Source: Blasia pusilla (lineage: Eukaryota). Taken from it: DNA of 64,000 bases. Made by a program: the position numbers and the translations under genes. The DNA lies in the NCBI GenBank assembly GCA_050084515.1, contig CM114271.1, positions 38,440,001 to 38,504,000 on the forward strand. Reading direction: 5' to 3'. Under the pieces are notes generated by a model, which ran no database searches, was not told the DNA's origin, and saw nothing but the letters and a program-made list of their open reading frames with translations. Below are positions 10,971 to 24,262 of the stretch, piece by piece. Positions within the stretch are counted from its first letter, which is position 1. Every line of letters begins with the position of its first letter.

Positions 10971-13900
10971 ATGCCAAAGAAGCATATTAGCCAGTTTGTT
11001 GTCCTTGTCCAATAAATAAAAATAGTTGATATGAAAGAAGGAACGAATCATCATACCTGCTCCATATGAGAATGCTACACAATCCCAAATATTTGAAGGT
11101 AGACAATTCAAACTCTGATACCTGCAAGACAAGAATAATATCAAGAATAATTCTTGGGCTATAAATGATAATAAACGACCTTTCTTCATTTATAACTTTC
11201 CCTGTCCATTCCTCTCCCTGGCTTACCACAGGCAGCACAGTTGACACCAGGAGGCAGTCTCACAGTTGAGTTTTAAAAGAGGGAGCTGGGGTGTGTCTTC
11301 TCAAATACAGTCTTCCATTTGAGGAGTAGGGTCAGCTCTTAGAATTTGAGCAGGTGTGAATCGCGAGGGTCTTTTGAACTGAGAGCTGAACTTTTCCTCT
11401 GAGGCACGTGCTGGTAAGAAGCTACACAAATTGTGTGTAGGCTGGACCCCGAGCATGCGAATTTTTAGAGAGTTTTGATATTCGGCAGTGCTGAGGACAT
11501 GGTACTTCTTTATTTTGATATTGTTTCCAACATAGTGATGGAAACCATGTGGAGCAACGGGTATTCATTCTCGTTTGAAGAGAAGAGTGTTCTTGCTGAC
11601 AGATGAGAGGATGTGTCAAGCAAGAAGTTAAGAGGTTGGAGCATCGCTGAGAATGAGGGGAACAGAGGGACAAAGGCAAGCTACCTTCATGCACACTAAG
11701 ACATTGCTTCATAATAGGTAGTCCTCTGCATTTTTGTAGAATCATACAGAACCAACAAGCAAACCACACCACCTGCCACAAGACGTGGACTTCAAAAACA
11801 TGTGCATAGTACCCAGAGAACTATTATGATAAATGAGATTCCTACCCTCCATCTAGACTCAAAGATGCCTCATCAGCAAGAAGGAAGCCTCGGATCTGTT
11901 TATCTCTGATGTGGCAAACACCACGCACATTTTTCATTTATTTCAGGGCAGAGCAGATCCGAGAAGAAATTTGAAGACAATGCAGATACTTCACATTGTA
12001 TGGTACCACTAATTCTCCCTTCTCCCTAGCGGTTTATCCACATTCTCAGGTCCAGTTTCTTACTAACTCCATTCTCCGAGCAAAAGATGTATCTCCTGAC
12101 ACCTTCCGGGGAATAAAGTAGTTATGGAGAGCAGTATTATTTCTGTTTCGTAGGAGGACTCTTCTTTTCATTGAAATCAAAAGGTCATCAATAATCGAGG
12201 CACCTCACCGTACCTGAGACCATAACGTTCAATGGACTTTAACAGATTTCAATTCCCCGTGATTAATGCAGTCCCAGATTGCGGGTCGGTGGTTGATCGT
12301 TTCCTTATAGTTGGAAGTGTCAACAAGTGGTTGGAATCGGTTTGACAAGAATATATAGCCTCTCAACGATTCTTGATACAGAAGAAGCCATCGTATTCTG
12401 GACAGTCTCCACCTCGCGAGCTAACCCTCTTGCTCGAAATCTCTTCTGAGGAACCCCGTGAGAATTATGGAATCTGCAGTAATCGTCGCGAATCCTGAAG
12501 GTCTGCGGCAGTAATCAATACGACTTCACCGCGCTGCACCGCAAGGCGTTGCGGGAACTCTCAAAACGGATGCAGTCGGGACATACATGGGACGATCGCT
12601 CACCCATCAATGCGATCATATCTCGTGAGATCGACAGGCCGCTCTCAAGTGGAGTGAATCCTGAGCTGAATTCCCGACTTAGAAGATTGAATCTTTGAAG
12701 GTCGACCAAGCAAGAGCGCTAAGAACCTGCCCGGGAAGTGTGCCTTTGTTCGCGAACAGAGCACGAGCACGCGCACGGGCTCGCAAGCACGCAAGACGGT
12801 CGATTGGTGGGCAGTCGGTGATTCCCTACTTAAACCAGTTATCTGAATACGGTGAAATCGATGTCCACGAAAGAAGCAGAGGAAACGACATCCATTCTCC
12901 GAAAATGCTTCGCTCGCGGTTCTCAACACTCACCACCACTAACCCCTCGCGCCGGAACGGAGGGAAGCGAATTCTTTTCTAGACAGAGAGCAGCCGGTTT
13001 CTTAGAACTTTTCACAGGCTGGGAGGGCGACCCTTTCTTGGGCCAAAATTTTTGGCGCCAGCAATATGGTGTGAAATTTCCGCCACTCATGAAAAAATTT
13101 CTTAAGCCGTTGGATCACTATCATCACCGACGTTGGGATAAGGGCCGGGTCCCATGGGCCGCAGAATGAGGTAGCCCTTATTCGGCCCTCATTTCCCAAC
13201 CAATTTATATTTCCGAACGACAAATCAAGAAAATAAGTAGGTTCTTCATACAAACCGTTAGACATACAATAACAAGGGTCGCTAGGACGCTGGATAATCT
13301 CAACGCACAAAAAAAATGGCGACCCCCCACCCATGGACCATTTTGAGGGTCCTGAGATCTTAATTTGATACAATCTATGGTGGAGATTTATGGACCTTGG
13401 AATGGCCCTTGGTCCTTCCACGCTGCAAAAATTGCGGTGCGGAATCATTAAGGACGATCCTTGTCGCGTCAAAGCACTATAGCTGGTTCCAAACATTCTT
13501 GCTATTTCCGATTGCCGGTTACCTTTCCGTCTCCTCCGTAAGCTCTTCGAAGGTCGTCACTGGGATTTCGAACACTCACGCCAATGGTCTTTCTCCCTCC
13601 ATCAACGGTGGGAATTTTGAAATTCAAACTTTTCTTTGTTTGAACTTGGGCAGTTTCTTGATCGTCAGCATTGGAATTTCAAATTTTCAGAGCCGAAGGA
13701 TGTCTTCACCAACTTGCTTGTCTCTCGTTCACAACGTGAGGACTTCTATCATTCGAGTGGACATTTTTGTTTGCAATCTACTACCTTGGGAAGTGCGTAT
13801 CGGGAGTTTCATTATCGATTTCTCCTTGTTTATCCATGAAGTCAGCATCCTTGGTAGGTCCATCAAGCAATTGAAGATTTTTCTGAAGATCTTGTTTGGC

Positions 13901-14084
13901 AGAAGCAACCGCAACAAAAGATTTTGTGAATTGTAATTTCTTCACTCTCTCCTCCCATTCGTCCAATTGGTTTCAAATCAGTTTCTTCCACACATCGTAC
14001 CCTGTTTGTCTCTATTTGGCTGTCAAGAACAGGCTATACGTGAATGTGCCATACGTGTGCACTATGGAAATGGACCGAAGCCTG

Positions 14085-14929
14085 CTCGATATATATTCCT
14101 CAAATGCTCTTGTTATATCTCAATGGAACCGAAGGACCAACCAAATACCTTTCTCCTTGAATTGCTCTCTTGTACAATTCGGACTTTCGAAGGAGTCGTG
14201 TGTCATGAACACAAGGTGGATATCCTACAAATACATCTAAGAATCTCAACTCTGAATCTACAACAACTTGCATAGCACATGCGTAAGATTTACTCTTATG
14301 AAAATACCATGACATGGCATTTGACCTGATGGTAAGTCAATGAGAAAATGAGTGGCATCTATTGCACCACAACAATTCAAAAAACCATGTTGTGCTTGAA
14401 AACCAGCTTTGACTCTTTCTAATCGTGCTCCAATAGGCCAACTCACAACATCATGAACCACGTGCACAAGGGCGTCAATTACTCTATGGACAACTCTAGT
14501 TGTAGTGGAGCGTCCAAGATCAAAGAGTTCTCCAATCCCCAGTAATTGATCAATTATGGCAAGACGACGTAAAGGGATTGCTACTTGCCTCTCAACACTT
14601 AGCAATCTGTTTGGTAGTTGTTGCATTGATGTCTAAGGGTTTGCAGTCAATGGATCTCTCAATATGCTGCAAAGCAAATCGGATGTCCCAATCGAGATTC
14701 GGAAAAACTCTTTGAAACGCAAGGGATTATCTCTCCACACAATGTGGTCATCAATGAAGAGAGTTGTAAAGCATATAGATCTTGGTTTTATATACCAAAG
14801 ACCCAACCTAGAATCACAAGAAATCTTTGCCCTATTCAACAAGTGTAAACATAAGAGTGTGGGTGGAAATCATCTCAGACAACACAAGCATTATAGAAAG
14901 GCACATAGCTAAGTCAAAAGAGTCATCCA
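14085..14929 (-). pseudogene. Second Harbinger/PIF DDE transposase, truncated before the DxGY motif
   Basis: FKEFFRIS, LPNRLLSVERQVAI, GFLNCCGAIDATH, YACAMQVVVDSELRFLDV, HDTRLLRKS. Clearly paralogous to 8205-9519; homology stops after GIYI at ~14085. Confidence 0.92.
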
Positions 14930-15177
14930 TGATAGTGGAAGGTAAGAGGAAGAGGAGGAAAAATGAAGTATGAAGAAAAGAAATGACAAAGAACTAGTAG
15001 GAAGGGCAAGTAGTATCAAGGAGGGGTCTCCACGGAGGTGTATTAAATAGGGAGGGGCTCAAACTCCTCTATGGTATCTTGGGCTTTACATCCGGAACTC
15101 CAATTAGTTATCAATTTTGTAGTTGGAAATGTTTTTGTTAGAACTAACTAAGTCTTTCAATTACAGGGAAAAAATTT

Positions 15178-17508
15178 TGTTACTAATAACCTCGATTTTT
15201 GGTTAACAAGTTTTTAGCTTTCAGTTTAGGGTGAGCGAATTCAATTTCAATTGACATCATGAGCACAAGGGATCTGAAGAGCCAACTTCTTGCAAAATTC
15301 AGATAGGAAAAGCCAGCTTCTTGCAAGTGCCAACTTCTTGCAAGTTCAATAAGGTGGAAAAATAAAGTTTGATAAGGTGGAAGACCTGGTCTTGAAGTAT
15401 CAGACATGATACTTATGGAGGAGGCTTTTGTTTTTGTGTCATGTCGTCAGCCCTTGGTCGTCTCTCATATGTTCTTTGTGCATATTTATGGGTTCCTGCT
15501 TGCTAGATCCCTTCTTTGAGCGATCTTGATTGCCAAAGCATCCTCCCTTATCTTGTGTCTCGGCTCTAGGGCGGTGCGTTGTAGTCGTTGCTGCCTTGTA
15601 TGATCGGGAGGAGAAGTGTAGTGGAGATGATTGCGTTGGAGATCCTCTGAGAGTTTTGATTTTCCAGTCATAAGATCAAGGCTATTGATTTCTACAGGTT
15701 AGCGCTAACTCCCGCAATGGCTCTTTTTGCAAACTGGTTCTTGAGCTCTTTCCAAGCCATGAATCCCTTACCCACTAGTTACAACATCGATTTGAATTTT
15801 TCGGCCTTAGCCAAACGATTGATTCCAATCACAACACTGTACATGGCACTCTTGTTATTTGCATCAGAGTCGAGAGCGGTTCTGACATTCCCATTATAAG
15901 GTAAATGTTACAAATCGTAGCAGAGTAGATTATATGCCAATGTTGTGACCAATTTGGAATTGTCATAGGTGGTGAGACAGCCATTGGCTTGGGATTCAAC
16001 TTGCAAGTGCGTTAGTCTTTTCAGGTGGTTGTGAGTTATGAGGCCGACCTTAAAAAAAGAACAAGTCAAAAGAATCTTGAAGCCCACTTCATGGGAAAAC
16101 ATCATTAAGGACTTGCAATGTTTCCATGGGCAGCATTCACGAGTATCAACAATGAATTACGTATCAACGAGCGACGGACAAGCCAAGATTCCAAGAGCTC
16201 ACATGCTCCAATTAAGGCGATTCCATAAGTGATACCCACCCGTTACTTGTTTCCAGAGGTTTTGAATTGAGACTCGTATTGCATGCTCGTATCTACAAAG
16301 CTCTTGTTAACACATACGAACACAACTTAAAAGACTTTTGCAGAGGGCCGTGAAGGTGAAGGTGATCACACTGGAAGTGCCCGTGCACAAGCAAACACTA
16401 CGGAGAGCAAATCCGGATTTAAGTTGTAACCACTACGAGGGACCTAAATGCCACACAATGAGCTCTAGACGCACATCACTTGTCGTGACCCTCATAACCA
16501 AACAACACCAAATAGGCGCCAAGCAGAACATCATAACTCAAGTGGATTCACGCCGCGATGTTTGCGCTTTTGAGAGGCGTTTGGAAAGGTCTCTTGGAAA
16601 AGTCCAAGAGACAAAACGCGAAACAGAGTTGTGCATTTCATGCCTTAGTGGTTGCGACCAGGAAAACTAGACCAAATACGAACCAAGACTTGAGATGAGT
16701 TGAGTCTTGGAAGGTTGGTTGCCAAAGAGGTGAGAACTAGTTTGGAACACGACTAGCGTTTGGGAGAATCTTACTGTGTTTAGGACCATAACGTTGAGCT
16801 CCAAGATGCGTTCGGACAAGAAAGGGTGCGTTGGAAAGCTTATCTTGAGATGCTTCCAACGCATCAAAGATCTCAGCAAACGCATAAGTACATGCTGAGA
16901 TATTGGCCAAAAACAATTGTGAGAGCAATCGGGTTGAGGGCCAATTGGAGAGGCCCGGGTGTCTTTCCCTAAATGTAGGGGGGCCCCAGAGATTCCTTGA
17001 AGCACTAGTAAGGGAGGAGTCTCTCCGAGATGTCTCGAAACACGAATCCCCATTTTGAGCGCCAAACGTCCTTTCAAAGGCACGGGATGGAACGGGAGTT
17101 TGGTGTTGGAACTCGAAACCCAAACCCGATCCAAGGGAGTGGACTTTGTGCGCCACACTTGGATTCCAACCCGAGATTCACTTTGTGCAAGTCTTGGTGA
17201 GGAACTCATTGGATGTCCATTGGAGAGTTGGAACCGCCTGGTGCGAAACGCCCTTCAGGTTCCTGAACCGACCAGAAAGTATGTCCCAAGTCTTCCGAGA
17301 CTTTCCCGTGTTGTAAACTGCGAAACTAGGAAGGTTGAGCTTGATGAGAGACCGAGACAAGAACTTGGAAAGTTAGCCCGCTGATTGATCCAAGACCTGA
17401 CTAACCAGAGTGCGTGTTTGGATGCAGATCAGCGTTGAGAGCGTGACCTATTGAACGCACGCTTTCGCAACAACAAGATTAACGTTCAAGGAGAGTAGGC
17501 GCACAACA
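15178..17508 (+). mobile_element. 5' LTR region of a Ty3/gypsy retrotransposon (3' edge firm, 5' edge tentative)
   Basis: Ends ...GCGCACAACA two bases before a PBS-like site, and the same terminal 37 nt recur at 38683-38719. The 5' TG at 15178 is only a candidate. Confidence 0.55.
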
Positions 17509-17510
17509 CG

Positions 17511-17522
17511 TGCTATCATAGT
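17511..17522 (+). promoter_or_regulatory. Degenerate tRNA-iMet primer binding site
   Basis: TGCTATCATAGT versus canonical TGGTATCAGAGC (9/12), located between the LTR end CA and gag. Confidence 0.7.
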
Positions 17523-17746
17523 GAATCCTTGATGAGCGTGAACTTGGGGTCGTAGAAGATCTGGATGTTTGGGGAGAACTCAAGGTATCCGGAAGACCGC
17601 GAAGCCTAAGGAGGAACGCAAGAGGCGAGGAGGAGATCTGAGAAAGCGAAGACTCGCAAATGGCGACCAAGGGCGAAGGACCGAGGAAACCGCGAGTCAA
17701 AGCAAAAAAGCCGAGAGACGAATCAATGATGGACCGTGAGCCATAG

Positions 17747-20590
17747 GTGGAAATAACGACTCCCGAAGTGCCGAGTCCCAGACATGAGGATGTTCCGAAC
17801 GAAAATCTTTCAGCGGGACCTTCGGTTCCAAACTCAAACGATCCGGCCTTTTATATCCAAATGATGGGATTGATGAAGGTGATGGTGGACCAGATGGCCG
17901 AACTAAGCAAGGTGATAATAGAATTGAAGTCAAATGAAGCCTCTAGTTTCGACAAGAAGCTTTGTAAGAAAATTTGCCAACGCCATTCACAGGAATGGGG
18001 CGTTCTCGAAAAGTGAGCGAATTTATGACAGAACTTGAACTTTATTTTGAAGCGCAAAAGGCAGATGAACAAGACAAGGTGATTGTAGCGGTCACATTTC
18101 TGAAGGATCACGCTCTCCAATGGGGGACGGCTCATCGTAAAGAACATCTAGACCGTTGAGTTGGGAAGATTTCAAGGAGTTGATTGGGAACCGATTCACT
18201 CTGCAATATCAGGAGTATCGCGATGGCATGGAGGTTTTGAGGTTGCGCCAGAGCAGATCCCGTACCGCTTATGTGCGAGAGTTTAGTGCACTCATGAGTG
18301 CACTTTCCACTGATGAACATACGAAAAAGGTGATCTTCTTAAGTGGACTCAAACCGAGCGCCGAAAAGGCCCTCTTTCGTATGCCTCAAATCCCGAAGAT
18401 GTGCGCGGATCTTTTGAGGCTAGCAGAGCGGATTGGGGATGATGAAGCCCAACACCAAAAACCCTTTGAGCCAAAAAGTTTTTCTAAGTTACCAAAAAAC
18501 AAAGGGACATCCAAGAGGGTTTGGAATGGGGGTGAGCGCGACCACGGAGGGTCTCTTGCCCCAGCACCAAAATGAGTGGAACTCAACGCGAAGCCAAGAG
18601 GGCCACCGTTCACAAAGTCAACAAATGCCAAAGTGATTTGCTCAAACTGTGGCAATTTCGGGCATATGGCTAAGGAATGTGTAAGGCCCAAGGTTAGTAA
18701 ACCAAGTATGATTTCGTTTGCTGCTAAGCACTTATCGGCAGGAGATCTAGATACATCTCTCCAAGTCACCAAGAGAATGCCCAATTTGGTTTACCCAGGA
18801 TCCAAGATCGCTAATCGCAATGTGATGTTGCTCATTGATATAGGTGCTTCACACTCATTCTTGAGTCCGAGAATTGTGAAAACGTTGGGATTGCCAACCA
18901 CCAAGGTGGATGAACCCATTAGAGTAGGATTTGCGGGAGACAAGTCCCACCAGACCTCAGATCTGGTTTTAGGGCTAGTTGTGGGATGCGAAGTATTTGA
19001 GTTGAAGGAGAATTTCAAAGTTTGCGACATGGACGAAATTAACGTAGTCTTGGAGAACACGTTCTTGGATGCGTATGAGGTGGAACTGAGGCGAAGACCT
19101 TTGAGGTTGAGCGTCTTGGTTAACGGCAAACGGACGGATGTCAGATTGGTTCGTGAGGTTCCTAGGAAGACGGAGTTTGTGAACGCAATCACGAGGACGA
19201 GTTTGGCCGAGTTAGAGGAAGGATTCCTTTGCTTGATGAGACAAGTAGAGGATGATGCAAGCGCGAGACGCAGAGATCAGAACTCAGCTTCAAGGGGAAT
19301 CCCTGAAACACTCAAGAGAAATGTGAAAGAATTTGGAGATGTGTTGACTAAGGAGCTTTCGACTGAGTTGCCACCACATAAGGCGGTTGATCATAAGATT
19401 GAGGTGATACCCGGATCTCAACCACCTTCAAAGGCACCATATAGGTTGAATCAAGAGGAACTTGCAGAGTTGAAGAAACAGTTGGGTGAACTCCTAGAGA
19501 GGGGTTACATCTGAACTAGCAAGTCACCTTATGGGGCGCCCGTCCTCTTTGTGAAGAAGAAGGATGGGAAGTTGAGACTCTGTGTTGATTACTGGGAGTT
19601 GAATAAAGTGACGGTTAGGAACAACTATCCTCTCCCGAGGATGGATGACCTATTTGATCAATTTTCAGGTGCCAAGTATTTCAGCCGGATTGACTTGAGA
19701 TCAGGATATTATCAGATTCGGATTTCCGAAGCGGATGTAGAGAAGACTGCGTGTAGAACGAGATACGGTTCGTTCGAGTTTGTGGTAATGCCTTTCGGTC
19801 TTTGTAATGCGCCTCTGATGTTTACCACTTTGATGAACTCCATCTTTCATAAGGAGACGGATGAGTTTGTGATCATCAACATTGATGACATACTCATCTA
19901 TTCGAAAACACTAGAGGAGCACGCTCGACATTTGAAGACGGTGTTTGAGAAACTCAAAGCGAACAAGCTGTATGCGAATGCGGATAAGAGTGAGTTCGGT
20001 TTGAGAAAGATCAAGTTCTTGGGGCATGTGGTTAGCGCAGATGGAGTAAGTCCAGACACGGAGAAGGTAAGCGCAATTTCTGAATGGGAACCGCTTTCCA
20101 CTGTGAAGGGGATGAGGTGGTTCATCGAAGCGGTCCAATTTTACCGGACATACGTGAAGAAATTTTCGGGAATAGTGAAACCTCTCAGGGATTGGACCGC
20201 AAAGTCTGCCAATACTACATGGACGGAGGAAGTGGTTAAAGCGTTCAATCGAGTCAAAGAGATCCTCTGGCAGGAACCAGTTCTGAAGCTGACGGAGTTT
20301 GACCAACCGTTCGAGGTGCACACGGATGCTAGTGATTTCGTGATTGCAGGAATGTTGGTGCAAAAAGGAAGACCTGTAGCATACGAGAGCAAGAAGCTTA
20401 GCGACACTGAAAGGAGATGGCCCACTCACGAGAAAGAGTTGTTCGCGGTGGTTCACTGCTTGAGGAAGCGGCGTCACTATCTGGGACTTCACAAGACTCG
20501 AGTATTCATCGATAACATATCGCTCAAGTATTTTGAGACCCAGGATCGCGTAACACCAAAATAACTTCCATGGCATGATACCTTGAGTGT
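17747..20590 (+). pseudogene. Ty3/gypsy gag-pol (gag, zinc knuckle, protease, RT, RNase H); integrase and 3' LTR missing
   Basis: Gag (PTPFTG...AVTFLKDHALQW), CSNCGNFGHMAKEC knuckle, LIDIGASHSF protease, RT (KKKDGKLRLCVDY, DLRSGYYQ, MPFGLCNAP, NIDD for YIDD) and RNase H (VHTDASD, EKELFAVV). Stops at ~18157, 18573, 19512 and 20562, plus a gag frameshift. Confidence 0.96.
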
Positions 20591-20763
20591 ATTTTTATGA
20601 GACTAGTATGGAGGGGTGAGGAGGGAAAAAAAACTTCTCCCATAAATATTTAATCTTTTTGATTTAATTATTCTTTACATGTGATGGGTGTAAGCACAAT
20701 AGGCGGTTTGAAAAAAAATCTCAACACGGGAGGAGGATTTCTCTAATCTCATCCTCTTAATAA

Positions 20764-20918
20764 TCTATACCATATTTTGAGGAGTGTTTCTAACATGGCG
20801 ACACGTGCAGAGCATGACACACATATCACCCTAATCTGGCGTGTATTTCAAAAGGGCGTACATGCACGGGGCACGCAAACATATGGGACGGGGCATATAT
20901 GCACATGACACTAACTAG
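20764..20918 (+). mobile_element. Non-autonomous mini-Helitron (~155 bp)
   Basis: a|TCTATACCATATT at the start and CTAACTAG|t at the end (A^T site), with a short gcat-at-atgc palindrome ~12 nt before CTAG. Confidence 0.55.
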
Positions 20919-21094
20919 TAAAAATTAGTTGGATGAGTTACATTCGTGTTTGCAGGTGAGAACTTTTTTATTAGAACTTTGCAAATGTTCTTTATTTTCG
21001 AATCCTTAAAATTGCAATGCAATCTTAAGACTTAAGTGAACTCTGCAAGGGTGAAGATTTGCAAAATGGAATTTTTTTTCCAATCTATTTTGTA

Positions 21095-21131
21095 AGTGTG
21101 TGGACTGCAATATATTTGCAGTCCACACACT
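21095..21131. repeat. Perfect 16-bp-stem inverted repeat
   Basis: AGTGTGTGGACTGCAA-tatat-TTGCAGTCCACACACT. Confidence 0.95.
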
Positions 21132-22270
21132 ATGAAGTGAAGTCTATGGGAACTCTACAATATACTTGCATAGTTCTCACTCTTAAGTAACTTACAAATG
21201 AGATTTGAGCATTAATTGGGTACTAGCTAGCCCCTACCCCACCCCCTTTTATATCTCCTTACAACATAAGTGTGAATCCCAAATACCACATCTTGATAAT
21301 ATCATCTTATGCCACAAACTAGTTGAAGTAGAATTTAGAACTTTAAATACCTCTCTCAAAAATGCTATCTCAACTTGTCAACAAGGTCATCCAAAATATT
21401 TAGGGCCCTTTCCGGGGCCGGGCAATATGCTATCCAACATACTTGGTTTGTATGATTTCAATCGGTGAGAAATTAATTGGATTTATATGATACTTATATT
21501 AGAGTGATTTAATTCTTGTACGATTTTGAATTTCAATACGAACTTAAAATTTTAAGTTTATGTATAATTAGATTAAATAATTTTCATAATGGACATTTTC
21601 AGGTCCATCGAATGCCGAAAAGTCTTTCACATGTGAACTTAGAAAAAGAAAAAAGAAAAAGGAAATATACAATACAATCCTTACTACTGCTAGGCGATTG
21701 AGTGACATCGTGAGAAAGATGGGGCCCGCCGCATGTTCTCCTGGCACCGTAGCATTGAGACAAGTGTCCAGGCTCCAAAACACGGCCAAAAAGCACACCT
21801 TCAAGCGACCACGTGGAGATCAATGAGTGACAGAGAACACCCCTCGGTGCGGTGCTGGCAGACTCGCCCATGACACACAGCTCTCTTCGAGGGCCCCACG
21901 AGAAATGAGTCCCTTAGCTCGCTCGCCACGTTAAGAGAGAGTAAGAGAAAAGAACTGCAATTCAATTCGATGGATTAGCAGGGGAAGAGAAGAAACGAAT
22001 TTTGATTCAATGGATGATCTGTTGTTGTGCGTTTGTTCTGCGGATTAGCATCGGAAGGGAGAGGAACAGAAGAACTGGGATTCGATTCGATGGACGATCT
22101 GTTGTTGTGCTTTTGTTGCGCGGATTGACGAGACAAAGAGAGAGAGACAAAGAGAAAGAGAGAGACTGTACTCATTAAGTAGTGCCTGTCGTACCCTTGC
22201 GACCATAGACCCCGCGCCCTGGTTGGACGGTGCGAGAGAGAGAGAGAGAGAGAGATACAGACAGAGACAG

Positions 22271-22672
22271 ATGGGGATGTGGAGAAGCTTCAAGTCATGG
22301 GTGAAGAGGTCGGTCCTGCGAATGGTGATGAGAGTAGTGCGAACGAGGCTATACGGGATATTGTGCAGGACCGGCAGAGCGTGTGTGGTTCCACTGGCAA
22401 TCGCCGCTGGAGGAGCTGGTGTGGGTGTGGCTGTCGCCTCTGCGATCGGTGAGTTTCGCATCACGTCGTCTCGCTTTCTCGAGAATGAGCCAATCATGCA
22501 TTGCAGCCACCACAACTGCTTTCTGCAGAGATCTGCAGATCTCTCACTTCATGGAATCAGGTGTCCATGGAACGTCTGTAGGTTGAACGTCCAGGACTCC
22601 TTTTGCAGGGAATTTTCTCACAGGGGTAGATTCTACAATCTCGACAATAGGCCAATGCATTGCAGCCACTAG
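22271..22672 (+). CDS. Possible N-terminal part of an unknown gene or pseudogene (basic N-terminus, Gly/Ala-rich hydrophobic segment, then the 99-bp repeats)
   Basis: ATG after a (GA)n-rich leader; MGMWRSFKSWVKRSVLRM...VVPLAIAAGGAGVGVAVASAIG. No family recognised. Confidence 0.3.
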   Translation: MGMWRSFKSWVKRSVLRMVMRVVRTRLYGILCRTGRACVVPLAIAAGGAGVGVAVASAIGEFRITSSRFLENEPIMHCSHHNCFLQRSADLSLHGIRCPWNVCRLNVQDSFCREFSHRGRFYNLDNRPMHCSH

Positions 22673-23360
22673 CAATACTAGTCTCCGAAGCCAAGACTCC
22701 TTTGGTGGAAATTTAATCATGGAGGTAGATTACACAATCTCAAGAATACGCCAATGCATTACAACCACTACCAAAACTAGTCTCTGCAGCCAAGACTCAT
22801 TTGGTGGAAATTTGCTTATGGAAGTAGAGCCCACGATCTCAAGAATAAGCCATTGAATTGCAGCGACTAGCACAGCCAGTCTCTGGAGGCAAGACCCATT
22901 TGGTGGAAATTTGCTATTGGAAGTAGAGTTCACAATCTCAAGAATAAGCCATCGCATTGCAGCCACTACCAAAACTAGTCTCTGCAGCCAATACACATTT
23001 GGTGGAAATTTGCTAATGGAGGTGGAGTCCACAATCTCAGGAATAAGCCGTTGCATTGCAGCCGCTAGCACCACTAGTATCGAGGTCGAGGCAAGACTCA
23101 TTTGGTGGAAATTTGCTAATGGAGGTAGAGTTCACAATGTCAAGAATAAGCCAATGCATTGCAGCCACTAGCACAAGTAGTCTCTGCAGACAAGACGCAG
23201 AGTCCACAATCTCGAGAATCTACCATTTCTTTGCAGCCACTGCCTTCACCACCACTAGTTTCCGCATATCTCTTCACTTCATGGAATCAGGTGTCCGCGG
23301 GACATTTGTAGGTTGAGCTTACAGGACTTCTTTGGTTGAAATTTGCTCACAGATGTAGAA
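22480..23360. repeat. 99-bp tandem array (~6-7 units) bracketed by a ~90-bp direct repeat
   Basis: GGTGGAAATTT anchors at 22704, 22803, 22902, 23001 and 23104. The block tcacttcatggaatcaggtgtcc...gtaggttga occurs at ~22540 and ~23270. Confidence 0.93.
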
Positions 23361-24262
23361 AAGGCAAAATGTAGAGGAGGTAAGGGTAGAGAGTGGCCCC
23401 TCACAGTGATAAGGTAGTGGATACTGTGGTTCCTCTCAATCGGTTGCTCAGGAACTGTGGAGATGGGAGCTGGGATCAGTGGAGAGGGCTTAGGATTACG
23501 ACTAGAAGTGATCAGAAGCTCATGGAAAGGTGGGATTTGAGCTGAGCAGTTCTCAGAGGGTTTTATGACTGGAAATTGGGCTGTTCATCCCTGAGGATGA
23601 AGCTACAGAGATGGAGAAAGGTGCGTGATGGCTAAACTGTCTCGTATTGTGCTTGCACAGTCTCAGATGGGAGCTGGGTCAGTGGAGCACTGCCTTGTCT
23701 GGCTTGAGATGGCAACAAGAAGTCGGCAGAAGTTCAAGGGAGAGAAGGATTTGACTGGAGCGTTGCTTAGAGCATTCTTATGATTTGAAATTGTGCTGGT
23801 CCTCCCATAGAGATTTGAAAGTCACTGAAGCCACAGATTCAAAAGTCATTACAGCGCGTGCTAGACGGGGGAGAGCACGACCTCTCCTCACGAATACCAT
23901 CAATTCATAATGTGGATGTTCCCCAAATCTCCATGTCCGTAGCTTGCACACCAACATCAACCAGACCAATTCCATTCGATGGTTCCCTGCCCGGGCATAC
24001 CTTCCTGTGATCGATCCTAAACCCAAAACGAACTTCACTTTTGATAGATCGTCATCCCAAGAGCGGGGAAGAATTCCATCTCCTTGTTGTGAGCCAGCGA
24101 TGGTCATCCGACTTCCCACACCTCTTCTCCTCTCATCATCATCATCATCATCATCTTGCTGCCACAGTGCGTACGCACGTAAGAGCGATCTCAACTGGTG
24201 ATGTCCCAAGTCGTGAGTGATGTCGCTTTTCGCACTCCCGAATCTCTCTCTTTCCTCCGTCC

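Larger units (their letters stand above)
7687..13177. mobile_element. PIF/Harbinger DNA transposon (approximate extent)
   Basis: Convergent DDE nuclease and Myb/SANT genes. The left end is taa|GGGCCTTATCCCA; the right end revcomp is taa|GGGC...GGCCCTTATCCCA. Both ends share an inverted subterminal AGTGGCGGAAA. The flanking trinucleotides (TAA vs TTA) are not a direct TSD. Confidence 0.6.

Noticed and set aside
18573-18575. TGA within gag as a programmed read-through site
   Set aside because: It lies before the zinc knuckle and the element has several other stops and a frameshift, so mutational decay is the simpler explanation.
19911-20576. 221-aa minus-strand ORF
   Set aside because: Antisense shadow of the gypsy RT/RNase H.
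22730-23101. 99-bp repeat read as LRR or ankyrin repeats
   Set aside because: No frame matches the LxxLxLxxN/C or TPLHxAA consensus convincingly; kept only as an unassigned repeat.
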